This document shows positions 1-13,660 of a DNA stretch of 64,000 nt, piece by piece; position 1 is the stretch's first letter, and each line of letters opens with the position of its first letter. The stretch lies in assembly GCF_009914755.1 (NCBI RefSeq), contig NC_060933.1; one strand, written 5' to 3'. Source of the stretch: the human T2T-CHM13v2.0 reference genome, Homo sapiens. The position numbers were made by a program, and so were the translations under genes. Below the pieces are notes generated by a model, which did not search any database, had not been told where the DNA came from, and saw only the letters and a program-made list of their open reading frames with translations.

Positions 1-1159
1 AGTTAGTTAAGGTACGCAATGGATTTTGTTTTTCTTCCAAGCAAGTGTCAGTTAAATAGCAATCATTTCCTTCAAAATACTCCCTCACCTCAGCCCCTCA
101 AAAGAATTTCAATGCTATTTTTGAAAATATTTTGAATTACTGGTCATAAAGGAGTTCTAAAACATTCCTGTGAAGTGCTTTAGAGCTTCACCCAGTAGTG
201 TCAGGAGTATTCATTCTTACTTGAACAAGAGAACGGAAAACAGGACTGGCTATAGCAGTTGCCAGCTTCAAGGATTCAAGTGCAGAGGAAATCAGAGAAA
301 AGAACAGGCAGAACAGATGGTTAAAAGTAATTTCTGAAATTAGTTCAAATTGTTTTAATAGCTATTTGTATTTTAACAGCATAATTTAACAATTTATATT
401 TTGAGATTATGTCTATGAAAATAAGTCCCAAAGTGAGAAAACATTTGTATATATATATATAGGAATATAAATTTTCAGAACTCAGTCTTTAAGACTGATA
501 ACAATCATCATAAATGCAAAAATCTAAAAGAAAAAAACAAGTTTCCCAATATTTATTCTTTGTTGTCTGATTTTATATATTTAAAAAACTATTGAAACAT
601 CTGAATCTTCGCTAAACCCTATAGAGAATGGCTGTATTTCTAGGCAAGTGTTCTAATTATGTATTTTTCCTTTATATAGTATTTCTTGTTGCTTGAAAAG
701 CTCCTTTCTAATCTAGCAGAATATGTTAGAAAAGACAATCCCAGTAACTGAGAATTCTATTGCATCAGGATCTATTATTTATATATTTTTTCTTTTTGAG
801 CTTATGGTGGGCGGTTTAGAGAGCTGACCCATTCTTCTGTCTTTGCGTGTGTATTTTTAAATTCTAGTCATTGTGTAGTGAGAATATGCAGGTGTTTCTC
901 AGAGAACTTTTTCCCCTCTAGCTGGATGTGGAAAGGACAATGCAATTAATAACAGATGGCACGGGATGACCACGTCCTTGAGAGAACGCCTTATTGGCAC
1001 CTCCTGCTAATTGTATCACATATAACACAACTAAAAGCATAATAAATCTGAACTGGGGGACATTTTATGCAAGAGCTCTTCTCCTTTTCCAGACGGTAAA
1101 TTGCTCAGCTCTTGAAATATCTATAACCTTGTGACACTCAACTTGCATTAGCTTAATTG

Positions 1160-1288
1160 CCTTTTTTCCATCTCCCTCCCCCTTCTACCCTCCCTTTCTC
1201 TTTCTCTCCTTCTCTCCTTCTCTGTCTCTCCCTTTTTCTCACCCTCTCACTGTCTCTTTCTTGTTGTCTCATATTTTTTTCCCTCTAG
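1160..1288 (+). repeat. CT-rich low-complexity polypyrimidine tract
   Basis: About 130 nt of almost pure C/T (ccctcccccttctaccctccctttctctttctctcc...) ending in ttttttccctctag. Confidence 0.85.
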
Positions 1289-1372
1289 GTGTGAGGAAAC
1301 AATTTGACATTTGTTTTTCTACCTAGTTTAGTGCTGCGTCTAATACAGCTGTATTTCCTAGCTTGTATAGAA

Positions 1373-1692
<320 letters not shown>

Positions 1693-2247
1693 TCTTTTAA
1701 AGGGCTTTAAAACACTTTTCTTAACATTTGTGTTGAGAAAGAAAATGCCTATCTGATTCTGATGTAATTTAATAAATCTGTAAAAAAAAAAAAGGGGGGC
1801 TCTCATTAAGTGTAAACTCATGTGAGCTTCTGATGGACATACACAATAACACACGTACGTATGTAAACAAACATATCCATTCACACACATGCACAGGACT
1901 TTTTTCTTTTTTTGCACAATGGCAATAATTCACCATATTCTGTAGCATTGAAAAGGATTGCATTTTCTTCCATTTCATAACCTGGTATTATTAACAATTT
2001 CTAAAGTAAAAGTATTATGATATGCCAGAAATGTAACCACCCAGCAATTATCTTTTTCTTTCCTTTAAGAAAATGCTATAGTGAGTAGCATGAATTTCAC
2101 AGCAAGTTCCTACACATCTATTTTCATTTTTGGTGGTTTGCCTATAAATGAGCAAACAAAAAGTAATTTAAATTACATTTGGAGTTAATAACAAATACAT
2201 CAAAATCATGAAGTATGTGTAGAAATTGTGCCTTGGCTGGCTAGCTC

Positions 2248-2266
2248 TGTGTGTGTGTGTGTGTGT
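2248..2266. repeat. (TG)n microsatellite
   Basis: tgtgtgtgtgtgtgtgtgt, followed by degenerate TG/CA sequence. Confidence 0.9.
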
Positions 2267-2754
2267 ACGCATGCACACGTGGATGTTTGTGGGTGTGCAT
2301 GTGTGCACACTGACACATTCTTTCCTTAGCTATATAGATGTCTGTTTCTTTCCAGTGATTTATCTCCATTGGTGAGAGTAACCTTAGTGTTTATGTCAGT
2401 TGGATGAACCAATGCTAAAATAAGACAAAGAATAGCTCATTCAAGAAATGATATAATTTAAAAGAAAGCAGCCATATTTTCAGATCTTCATGGTATTATA
2501 TTCCTAAATCTCCTACTGATGAATAATTTGGGCAAAAACTCCTAGGGCAGTTCAGGACCTGGGACATACCTGAAATTGGGTATAATGGAAAGTGAAAAAT
2601 TCTCATGATTCTGAACATGCTTATTTGGGCTCCGGTGACACAAGAAGCATTGTTAGGAGTTACGTGTTAACTATATAGACCCCAATAGTAGGTTTGTGAC
2701 AGATGAAAGAAAGTTAACATTAGTAGTAGTATTATGAATTTCAAAAGTGCTTAA

Positions 2755-3118
2755 CTCACAATCTGCATTTAGCTGATGAATGACCTTAGTAAGTCCTACT
2801 ACTTTTCTGAGCATCATTATCTTCCTTTACAAAGTGAGGAATCAGAACTAGAATGAGTAATATTCTAATAGTACTGCCTTGAAGAGTAGGATTTCTGCAG
2901 ACTCCCACTGTAGATTGGGGAGAGATCGAAGGATGAGAGTATAGTGCTACAAGCCACTATTCTCAGATGAATTTTGGTATCATTTGTTGCGTTTATATGT
3001 TTCATATACGATTTACTTGGAGCAATCTTGTGAATGTATGTCTTCTTGGGTAAAATCATTCAAAAATAATTAGATTGCATAATTGCTAAGGTTCCTTTCA
3101 GCTAGAAATTCTATGATA
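2755..3118 (+). mobile_element. MIR-family SINE fragments (MIRc/MIR3-like)
   Basis: Core-like tgaccttagtaagtc...cttttctgagcatcattatcttcctttacaaagtgagg, and 3'-end-like aaggttcctttcagctagaaattctatgat. Confidence 0.5.
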
Positions 3119-3719
3119 TATGTACCAGCATGCCTCCTAATTAATATGATCTAATTCTAATGTTCTTAATGAATGAAACCTGGCATTTAGAACCAATAAA
3201 TGCCGTTGATTTAAATACTGCATGATACATGGATAAACATAAGTAAACTCCTTTGCATTAAATGTATATTTGTGATTAAATATTTAAAATATACATTACT
3301 TTATGTTTCTAGATTTTAAGGAATAGCAGTTATTTTTACAACAGGCAGAATCTCTAAAGCTCAAGTAAATATGGATCTTACGTTTGTTTGTTTTATTTCA
3401 TGGCTGTCCCTTCATCCCCATATATTTATAGTTTACTATCTTGAGGTCAGTGCAGATAGAAGGTTGCTAGGTAGAAACATGAAGATAGGTTTACCACTTT
3501 TAGAACAATGAATAAAATAAAAGTATTAATTAGAGTGATATTTGATGTTTATCTCATTTGTGTTCCTACCAGAATCAGATATTTTCTAGGAGTAGATTCT
3601 TCTTTCTGGTTCAGTAGTCAAATAAAGATGTTTATCCTGTATACAGAGAAAAAAAGGCTAATGTGATAGAAAATATACTCATTTTTATATATTGCTGCCC
3701 AGTAATTTATCCAATTTCT

Positions 3720-3925
3720 GACTTTCTCACTTTTGGTTGCTGTGAGGATTAGAACAAGTGAATGCATCTGAAAAATATAAAGTCTTGAATAAATGCAGTA
3801 GCATCCTCATGGGTGGGAGCCATCTCTTATTCGTCTTTGAAGCCTCATCACTTAACATGTTTTCTAATTTATAGTCTATGTTTGTCAATATTTGATGAAT
3901 ACATAAGTAAATTGATGAATAAACA
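3720..3925 (+). mobile_element. MIR 3' fragment followed by L2 3' end
   Basis: ggttgctgtgaggattag (MIR), then ...tttgtcaatatttgatgaatacataagtaaattgatgaat (L2-type tail). Confidence 0.5.
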
Positions 3926-4779
3926 ATAATATACATAATTCTATATTTGGGCCAGTTCATAAGATAAGGTAAATGCTATGTAATGATGAGTTTATATTCT
4001 CTGAATTGTTTATAAGAAACATAATAAAAATCAATAAACCAGCATATACTGCGTATCTATATATTACCTTATGTGATTGTAACAACTGAAAAAAAAAAAA
4101 GCTGATGCTTACAAACATGGCTGATTGCTTTCCTGTGTACGAATATTAATCAGATACCATCATTTAAAGGGATGGGCAGAAAACAAAGTGAGAGAAAAGG
4201 ATTCAGAAATCAAATGTGCTCAACTATGGTTATATTAACTTTTCTTCTCTGCAACTCCTTGTGAGTTTTGCCACTCATTTTGAACCCAAATTTATCTCAA
4301 GTCCACACACACCAGGTGATATCTCACTTATATTATTGTAAATTATTTACACCACAAATTCTAGGTCATGAAGTAGAGGTGATGGAATATTTTTACAAAA
4401 AAGTTGGGATGTTGGGATCATGTTTTATTTTATGCCTCCTATAGTGATCATTTTATTCTCAGTGTATGTCCTACATTAGCTTCTGAATTTGGATATTAGT
4501 GCAATGAATGGGATCATTACATAGCAAGCATTCCATCTTTCCTGTTTAATGTTATGCTTCAAACCCTCGGGAATTGCTGATATATTAGAATATATTCAGG
4601 ATTGAGTATTACATTTGTATTTACATATGATTTCAGGTAACTTATTTGAAATTCCTTAGATCCTTGTTCTCTTTTAAAATAACAGTGACAATAGCAAGTA
4701 CTGACCTATCATTTAGAGTTGGAAATCATCATAATGTTTGGCAGCAGGGAATTGGTAAGTGGAAATACACTAGCTTTGA

Positions 4780-4985
4780 AATTTATCTGAACTGGATTCA
4801 ATTCTTGGATTTTTCAGTTACTACATGATTTTGAAACTGTTTCTCATACTCTAGTTTGCTTATCTGTAAAATACCACAATGAACTCATTGGATCATTTAG
4901 AAGATTAGACATAATAAAAACAGAGTGCGTAGTACAGTACCTGACTGTATTCATTCAAAACTTCGTCTTTTGTTACTATTATTAT
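4780..4985 (+). mobile_element. MIR SINE
   Basis: ctggattcaaattc...agtttgcttatctgtaaaat...agtacagtacctgac...ttactattatt. Confidence 0.65.
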
Positions 4986-5024
4986 ACCACTTCTTATTAA
5001 CAAAGTGAAAATGTTGGTTTAGAT

Positions 5025-5254
5025 CAGCGTTCTCTAGCAGAGGAGAGGGATTTTGCTGGTCCCTAGTTCCCAGAGACATTTGTTGATGTTTAGAGATATT
5101 TTTGGTTGTCATGAATTGGGGGGAGGTTACTACAGGAATATGGTGTGTAGAGTCCGGGGATGCTGCTCAACAACCTGTAACACACAGCACAGTCTCCCAC
5201 AACAAGGAAACATTTGGCTTAAAGTTTCTATAGTGCTTAGATTGAGAAACACTG
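5025..5254 (+). mobile_element. MER20 DNA transposon (hAT-Charlie)
   Basis: Terminal cagcgttctc ... ttgagaaacactg; internal gagatatttttggttgtca, ggggatgctgct and cccacaacaaggaa. Confidence 0.85.
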
Positions 5255-8200
5255 ATATAAATTATTTTGAATCACACCACTCTCTTGAAACAAAAAGAAA
5301 TGTATTTTAAGTTGTAATTCAAATTATCTGCTTCAGATTCCAAGAATTGAAGCTAGGAAGCATCTATACTGAATGGCTGCAATATCCTATCTGTTATGTT
5401 TAACTTGGTCTTAGGCTACAGGAAATGGGTTCTGCCCTTCATATAACTTAGAAATATCTGAAATTTTTCAGTTATTTAAGACATATTTTATCTGAATTTT
5501 AATTACCTCCTGATCAAATTGGCTAAGTAGTTAAGAACTGAAGCTCTCATTGACCTGAATTAGTTATTCTGTGATCTGTGTTTTGTGCTACCTTTTGACT
5601 TTGCTATTTTCAGGAAATGAGAGGGATTATGGAGAATCAACGCTGTAGTGGATGACTAAAAGCATAATTACTTTAGCTTAGCACAACTTTCTTTACTAAC
5701 ATTAGTTTTAAGTTTATGCTATTTACTATATAAACTCAAAGATTTTATTCATACCAATGCAACTTGGAATGCAGTCAAGGGTAATATAAATGATTAATTT
5801 AGGTTGGTATGCAGATGATTCAAAGATCGAATATCATCTTAATTGGCAAGATGGTTTTGTTCTTTAACAGACTGATAAAAACTGTCTTTATGTTGCCATT
5901 GAGTTTCTATACCTTGTCAATGCCCCAAAGATTGCAGACTTTAAATACAAGAAAGCAGAGATAACAGACATGAAAAAAAAAACAGAAGAATCTGTGAAAA
6001 TCATTTACTTATTCAACTTTATTCAAAACTCAACACTCTTCAAGATATTCATGTATTATATAAACAAAACTATTTTTTCCCATAGAGAAAAAACATAATG
6101 TTTTATAATTGAAACTTGTGTGTTGTAGATATGATGGGATATATACCAACAAGGATAGACAAGGTTCTGGTTGCCTACAGACCTACATGTGGACCCAAAC
6201 AGAATGTTCTTGATTTACAACTTTTTTTTTTTTTTTCCAAAATACGCAGCAGTATTTTTAGAAACAAAGGGGATGGCACACACATTTCAATCAGCACTTT
6301 CCCCCTGAGCCCTCAGTACAATCTGTACAATCTCCTGTCTTTCCCTACTTCACTTTACTACCTTTAGGGCCCTTGTCTGCTACGGGTGGAGTATAAATAA
6401 CAAGCCTCAACAAAAGACAAAATAGTTGGATCAAACAGGCAAATTCTCTGAAGGAGGCAAGAGGGATTAGCAATGTCATATTGACAAGCTGCACTAGAGG
6501 GCAAGAGAGAGAAGAATTCCAGCTTCAGCTACAGTTCAACAGAAAATAGAGAAGGTAAACTTGAACAATCACCCTTGGGAAGTTAGTAGAATCTGTTTAA
6601 AAGTTGCTTTCAGATATCCAGAATTTATTTAGGAAGAAAATGACTCCATAAAGTCGGTAAAAAATATTTTCATATCTCTTCCTGAAGATAATTCATTGGT
6701 TTGCATGAAGAAACCTTTTTTATTTTTTTAAAAAGGAAAAACAAAATTTATTTTTGTGAGAACAAATACACAAGGAAAATATTATGTAGCTTCAATAGGG
6801 TAATAATTTTGCAAAAAAAAAAAAACACACAAGCTAGACAATTTCTTGACCTTTCATTTCTGCAATCAGTCAGTTGGATGTCTCCCTCTTCCTCTGATGA
6901 GATTTAGAGCTGGGGACTCAATGTGTTGGCAGTGCCTTTGAGCCAAGTACTGTCATGTTCTGGTAACCATATCTCTTATTAGAACAAATATGAATTCAAG
7001 TGGATAGCAAGACGACATCCCAGTGGAAATTGTCGCACTTGGTTATTTATCTGTCATCAGTCTACTGAACTAGCAACGAGGAGGAGAGATGAACTATCAC
7101 CTGCTAGATACCTAATTCATCTGTTTGTTTAAAACTGCACTGTGGAAATCAACAAAAGACCTCTTCCTTAAAATACCAAGAACTGAAAACCCATATCTGC
7201 TCTTCTCTGTGTTTCTATTTAATAAGGGATGGCTGTAAAGTGTTGTGTTTGTGATCAGAGCTAGGAACCAAGTTTTGATCAACTTCTAATGGGTTAAATA
7301 AATCGAATGCATTATAAATCTAAAATCTAAACATATTGCAGACCCTGAATTGACTTGTAGAAGTAAACCTATTATAAATGTATTAATTTCAATGTAAAAT
7401 ATGTGAAAATAAAGAATATTATATTGAAATTTAGGGGATATAAAGAACTTACCAAAGAAATTTTATTACTCTTAAGGAATGCTTCAGGGGAAATGAGGTT
7501 TTATGATAACATGTAAAAGGAAAAATAATTAGAAAGGGGATTATTAAACAATGGAAATTCCATATTTAGAAGAGACATATTAGAGTTTCAAAATCTATTA
7601 TTAACAGAGATCATTATATATGAAGGAAAACATTTAAACAGCTATTTAATATTTTTCCTATTTTCTGAACATTTTATCTCCCACTTGAAATATATGGGTA
7701 AACTATTCACTCATATTGTATACAATAGACAATATAAATTTAAGAGCCTTCAAGTTATATGAACCAAGTTGACATGACAAAAAAGTGTTAATACAGTTGG
7801 AAGCATATTGAATACTTTTCTAAACATGGCTAACTTAGACCCAATGGTTCTACAAAACAAAGCTGACTTCCTGGAATGAATGAACAAAACTTGCCATGAT
7901 GCAGAACGGGAGAGTGATTGCCTAAGGAAGTGGAAAATCCAAGTTGTCTCTCTTCATTTAAAAGGACCCACTTTCTCTTGTGTAAATGTCATCCTACAGT
8001 TTATAATGAAAACTTGAGGAAACCCCGAGGGAGACCTGGTGCTTTTAGTAAATGATGCAAGCCGCATTGACTTACAATAAAAATCAGTTTCTGGGGCTAT
8101 TTACTGCTCCCTTTGGCATCCAATCTCCCTCCTTCCTTCATGAAAAAAAGAGCCATATTAGGGCCCTGGCAGAGGGAATGAAAAGCATTGGGATTCCTAG

Positions 8201-9694
8201 AAGATTTATGCCTCCCTGAGAATGGGCTAACTTGGGTAAACCAGGATGAGAAATGGCCTCCGATGCCTTCCGAGGCAAGAGAGACAGATGGTCAAGCTAA
8301 ATAAAAAACAGAAAAAAAGTTGATTTGGAAAGTTGGTTGATGAAAACATTTCAGTAGATTAGATATTTTGTATTAAGTTCCACACAAGCAAACATTACAC
8401 ATACATAATTTTTTACATAAATGTTCCTTCTCATTGTTTCAAAACAAATGCTATGAAGTTCACCCCGATTTTTCCAATCAAATACTTTCTATCTGGCATT
8501 TGGCAACAAAACACAGAAAACAAAACAAACAAGAAAACGAGAAACACAATTTTGAACACTTCCTAATAATATAGAAAAGCAAGATTTTAGCCAAAAAAAT
8601 CCATAACTTTATATTTTAAGAGAGGTTGTTGCCTCAATTGACCAAGGCTCTGACTTTTTCAGAAAGAAATGTAATTGTCTTTTCTTTTCTTTTTTCTGGT
8701 CCCATGTCAGGAGGTTAAGACTTGTATTACTTCACCCACAGAAGATTTATCACAAATTCAAGTACTCAGAGTATGCAGTGTTTTCAGGGAGGAACCACTT
8801 ATTCTGAAGTTCATATATTCTCAGGATTTCTGGGGTAAATATTTGCCTACAAAAGTTAGTTAACACACATACAATACAAATGTAACTTGCATACCAAAAC
8901 GCTTACCAACCTTTTAAATTTAAAACAAAAAACAATATAATAAAAATTCAAAAATCATTTATATAAGGCAGCTGCCATATACTATGTTACAAAACAAATA
9001 TTAAATCATATATTAAAAGGTTGTTTCTCTCCTTGAAAGAGAAATATGTAAGAGAAGAAAGATAAAAGCCAGGAGAAAAAAGGAAAACATTTCACCATAT
9101 GTATACAAAACAAAATGCTGTATTCAGTCATGTTAATTGGTAGAGGATGCATCAGCTGTGCTTGCAAAGGGCACTAATATGTAACTGAACTATCAGCCAT
9201 TGTGCTCACTGGAAAGGGATACTCTCCTACCCTTATTCAATCTGTAAAGTGATATAGCGGTGCCTCCCACAGGCCTGGAGACACAGTTAGAGTCCACATG
9301 CACAAGGAATGTCAAAACATGAATCAATTATATTTCTGGCCAGAAAGGTCAAGTGTGGAACTTAAACAGCTGAGTTAAAACAAGCCACTTGTCAAATCTG
9401 TCCTAGGGACATGAAGCCAGAGTCTTGTATCTCAATGGCAGCCATATCTTGGATTTGGGACACTGGAAGAGCAGAACTGAAATACTATATTTCAAAACTA
9501 TAGTATTTAACAGTAAGGTGGACTTGGAAAGTAAGTGTAAAACAATTTCAATGCATGATAAAGAATATCACTTTATTTTACCTAAAATACGGAGAAGTAT
9601 ATTTCATATTTGATCCTCCCTTATTTTTTGTGGAATAGTAACTAAATGGCTTTGTGATTAAGTGGCAATGTGATTGGAACTTCAGGTACATCAT

Positions 9695-9865
9695 CACACT
9701 TAATTCTCACAAAAAAAATGAGGTAAATCTCATCTACAATTTATAATGGAGAAAGCTGAGCCTCACAAAGGCTGATGAAATTTTTAGCTGTCATAGCTAG
9801 TATATGGTATAGCCAGAAATTAAAACAGTTCTCTCTGCTACTTAAGTCCACACTTTTTCTACCAA
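9695..9865 (-). mobile_element. MIR SINE
   Basis: taattctcacaa...gagaaagctgagcctcaca...tcatagctagta matches the reverse complement of the MIR core. Confidence 0.6.
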
Positions 9866-10459
9866 ACTAATATGAGCTTCATCATTTTACATATTTTAAG
9901 CCACTGCTCTGTTTTGTTTTGCACTTGTTTAATATGTTTGAATCTTTAATTTTTCACTAATGTTAATAGGTTGAAAGTTAATTGTGTAAAATTAGATTTT
10001 TTTCTTTGATCAGCAAAACAACCAAGAGACTTTAATCCAATTCACACTCCGATCAATTGGTTCAAGAATGAAAAAAATTATTTTTTGCAAAATCAGACAA
10101 ATGTAATGTTTCTGTTGGAATAAATATGTCATGAGGCTAATAAGTTCAAATATAAGATTTTTCTTCAAGATTAGACTTGCTGGAATAATATTATTTATAA
10201 GATATAAGTATAATCACATTGCCTATAAACAGCCTAATAATTAAAGAAGAGTTTTTGGTTATTACATTTATTTAAAAATGAGAATTTTTTTTTAAATGTC
10301 CAATACCAAGAAAGAGGCTAACTTGATTCTTGGTGGAATGGAATTTAGGAAGGGTTCTGAGAGATGTGTTAAGATTCCTGCTATCCTGTGCTCTCTGCTC
10401 TTCTTCATTTATTTTTCTTTTTCTAAAAAGTGAAAATATAAGAACATTTACAGGGGAAG

Positions 10460-10685
10460 TAACATTGTTGAGTACTTACTATGTGCTAGTGAATGTGCCA
10501 GGTGTTTTTCATCTATTGCTTTATTTAAGCTCAGACAAAATGAGCATTATTTTCTCCCTAGCACTAAGGAAACTGAGCCTAAAGAGATCCACTGACATAC
10601 CTAAAACATATATTTGGGAAATGGTAGAACAGATATTTAAACCGAGAACCCTGGCTTTAGAAGTTTCATTTTCTCATTACTCCAG
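10460..10685 (-). mobile_element. MIR SINE
   Basis: gagtacttactatgtgc...aggaaactgagcctaaagag...atttaaaccgag. Confidence 0.7.
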
Positions 10686-10932
10686 GGTGTTTGTGGAGAT
10701 GCAAAATTGATCCCGGACTTCATCAGTTTTCCTTTTCTGGGGCTCAAAAAGCATATGTTTCAATAATATAAAAGAGAAATTTAAAAGTTTGAGAAATAGT
10801 AATTATGTACACTTTAGACTTTATTAGTTAATATGCAAATTCAATAGCTAACATGCTCTAAAAAGATTGCATATTTGTAAGTTTAATTTAATTCTCTTTT
10901 TTACCTTGAGTCAATTTTGATATCAGTAGTAT

Positions 10933-11683
10933 TGAAACGGGAGAGTTCCCTGACCCCGGTCGCAGTACATGCAACAAGAGTGTGGCTCATTTGGAGAACT
11001 ACAAACCCCTGATGGAAGAGGGAGCATGTAGATGGACAGGTGCCGGAGCCAGGACTAGAGCTTTTGGGCTCTGGCCCCACAGTAGCGTCTAGGGGTGGAT
11101 GTCTGTTGACTCCTGCAGCCCCAGTGGGCATGTTACAGTGCTCCTTTAGCTCTCCCAACTGCAGACAGCTTAAGAGTTAACCAGATCAGTGCCCTCTTGG
11201 TACCTGGATTCTTGTCTGGCATCTGGGAAGAATCAGGTCACCTGGACAAAGTGAAGGGTGGTAAATGCGAGGGATTTTATTGCCAGATGGAGGTGATTCT
11301 CAGCGGAATGGACGGGGAGCTGCAAAGGGGATGGAGTGGGAAGATGACCTTCGCCTGGAGTTCACCCATCCTGCAGCCAATCTTCTTTCCATCCAATCAC
11401 AGCCAAACTCCTCTCGATGTTCAGATGCTCCTCTTCTCTCCTCCTCTGCCATGCTGCTCTTCTGCTCCTCTGCTCCTCTGCTCTTCTGCTCATGGAGCCT
11501 GGGGTTTGGGTTTTATATGGGTACAGGATGAGGGTTTGGTGGGCCAAAAGGGAACATTTGGGCTTGAAAACAGGAATGCCTGTTCCCATTTAGGGCCATG
11601 GGTTTCCAGGCTTTAGGGCAGGGCCTTTGCTGGGGAACTGCTCTCTTCTGCCCAGTATTTTTTCCTGCCTCCTGTCTGTATCA
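10933..11683 (-). mobile_element. Solo ERV1 LTR (MER50-like)
   Basis: TG...CA ends (minus strand starts tgatacagacaggaggcagg); minus-strand TATAAAA near 11511-11517 and AATAAA near 11276-11281; 4-bp TSD gtat (10929-32) / gtgt (11684-87). Confidence 0.85.
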
Positions 11684-12399
11684 GTGTAAACAATTTTTTT
11701 TTTAAGTTACAAATAATTTTTTATAAAAAATATTGTAAATTCTTTTTTAATGCCAATATTCTTACTTGACTTCTCTTTCCCCAGCCATTTATGTGTTTCT
11801 AAGATTTCTGTGGACACAGTTATATTCTTCAATGGAAGATACCTTTCTTTGAACCTATAAAGAAAAACTCTTACGTATTTACTTACTTTTAGCCTAAGGA
11901 TAGAGAAGCCAATGTAGGAATAATATGATGGTGAAGTGATGAAAGTAAAAAATAAAAACATCATGCTAGTGCTATTATAATATGTAATTAGTGTGGTCTA
12001 AGGCTATATTTTTCAAAATTGTAAAGGTATGTTTTATGGAATATTCTTTGAGCTGTTCTGAAATCTTCAAGTTACACACACACACACACAAACCTTTTTG
12101 CTTAAAAATTATCTTGTAAACTCCTGCTGTATCTGAATTCTAAAATTTCACATTAACCTGTTAAATGCCGTGTCAAGCCTAAGAGTAAATAATCTTTTTT
12201 ATTACCAAGGGTCTCCCCAAATTTATTTGGCCAAAAATCCCATCTTTCATTTTATACCTACTAATAATATCTAGAAATAGAACTCACAATTCACATTGGG
12301 AAACTATTCTAAATATATATTCAAAGCCAAAAGAAAGATTTACTGTACCCAATTTGGAAGGACAACGAGAATAACGATAGATTAGATTAGAGGAACTTG

Positions 12400-12800
12400 A
12401 AATAGTGTAGGCAAGCAATGATGAGGGTTGGAATTAAGGCCACAAAATGGCATAGATTCAAGAAATGCCCATGATAGGGCTTAGAATTGATCTGATTTAG
12501 TGATTATTCAGTGAAAAAGAAGGAGTCACATATATCAGGTCTGGCTTGAGTGATTGGTTAAACGGTGGTATAACTTGCCAAATGGAGGTCTGGAAGAAAA
12601 ATTGTTAGAGTAAGAATGTGAGTTCACTTTTGAACTGTTGACTTCGAAATATTTGGGGTTCTTCTAGGTCATTTTTTCCAATAGGAGCCAGAAATAGAGA
12701 TTTAGAGCATAAGAAATAAAGAATAAAAGCCTCAGCAAAGATATAAATGTCAAAGTCACTGTGTGATAAAAAGCTCCCAGGATATGGATGAGACTGCAGG
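12400..12800 (-). mobile_element. L2 LINE fragment
   Basis: aggcaagcaatgatgaggg...gaaggagtca...gagttcacttttgaactgttgac...ggatgagactg. Confidence 0.6.
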
Positions 12801-13414
12801 TGACTTACTCTTCAACTGGTAGGGATCCAGCTACTTTGTTAAGTGTACTAAGCAGAGCAAGATGTTGAAAATGTACACTATATTTTGCTAGTATAGATCG
12901 TGTTTTAGAAAAAGCTAAAAGATAAGTAAATAAAAATAAAATTACCAACATATTAAATGTTTTCCATATTACCTGTGACAAGGGGCCCATGATGCTGAAA
13001 CTACAGTCTCCCAAAGAGAAATAGGCAGAATTTAAGAAAGTTAGCTGATGAAGATGTTTTTAATCTTCTCTGTGAGTTCATGCCAACAAATACTACATTA
13101 AGCTTATGAATACATTAATCAAGAAAAGAGGTGTTGAGTAATGATTCACTCAGAACTTAAATAATCCTGTGATCTATTTGAAGCAGCCTGACACCATTAT
13201 AGGAAGTGGTAAATGTGTTTCCTGTTAAACATTTGCTCAGTTCATTTACAGTAATTCTGTATTCCTTCTTAACAATTCACTTTTGTCTCACACTTGTGTG
13301 TTTATATGGAATTTAATACTCAGTGATGCCCACTGATTAATGGCATGCTTGAAAATGTTTGTGTGCTGTCAAGCTAACTGAACCTTGAGTTGGTATCCTT
13401 TCTCATTTCAAGAG

Positions 13415-13660
13415 GATAATAACAGTACTGGGGTAATGTGGGCTAAGCACCTACTCTGTGCCATACTTTAGTAGAAACTTAGCATGTAGAATCTGTCAAA
13501 TCATCCTTGTAACGTAATTTTTTTTTATTGTCCTTTAAATACCTAGAAACTGAAACTGTGGGAGTTAATGTTTAAAGTTACAAAATCAGTAAGAGTCGGA
13601 GCTCAATTTTGATTACGTGGTTGAACGATTCTACAGGCTGTAATTTTTCCATTGCCTCAT
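13415..13660 (-). mobile_element. MIR SINE
   Basis: aagcacctactctgtgcca...gaaactgaaac...tttaaagttacaaaatcagtaagagtcggagc. Confidence 0.55.

Noticed and set aside
1081-1101. ttttccAG-acg-GTaaat as a 3-nt microexon; likewise cacAG-ataagtaag-GTaagt near 14480
   Set aside because: Short motifs expected by chance, with no supporting evidence in the sequence alone.
10901-11616. 139-aa and neighbouring ORFs
   Set aside because: Chance ORFs inside the MER50-like LTR.
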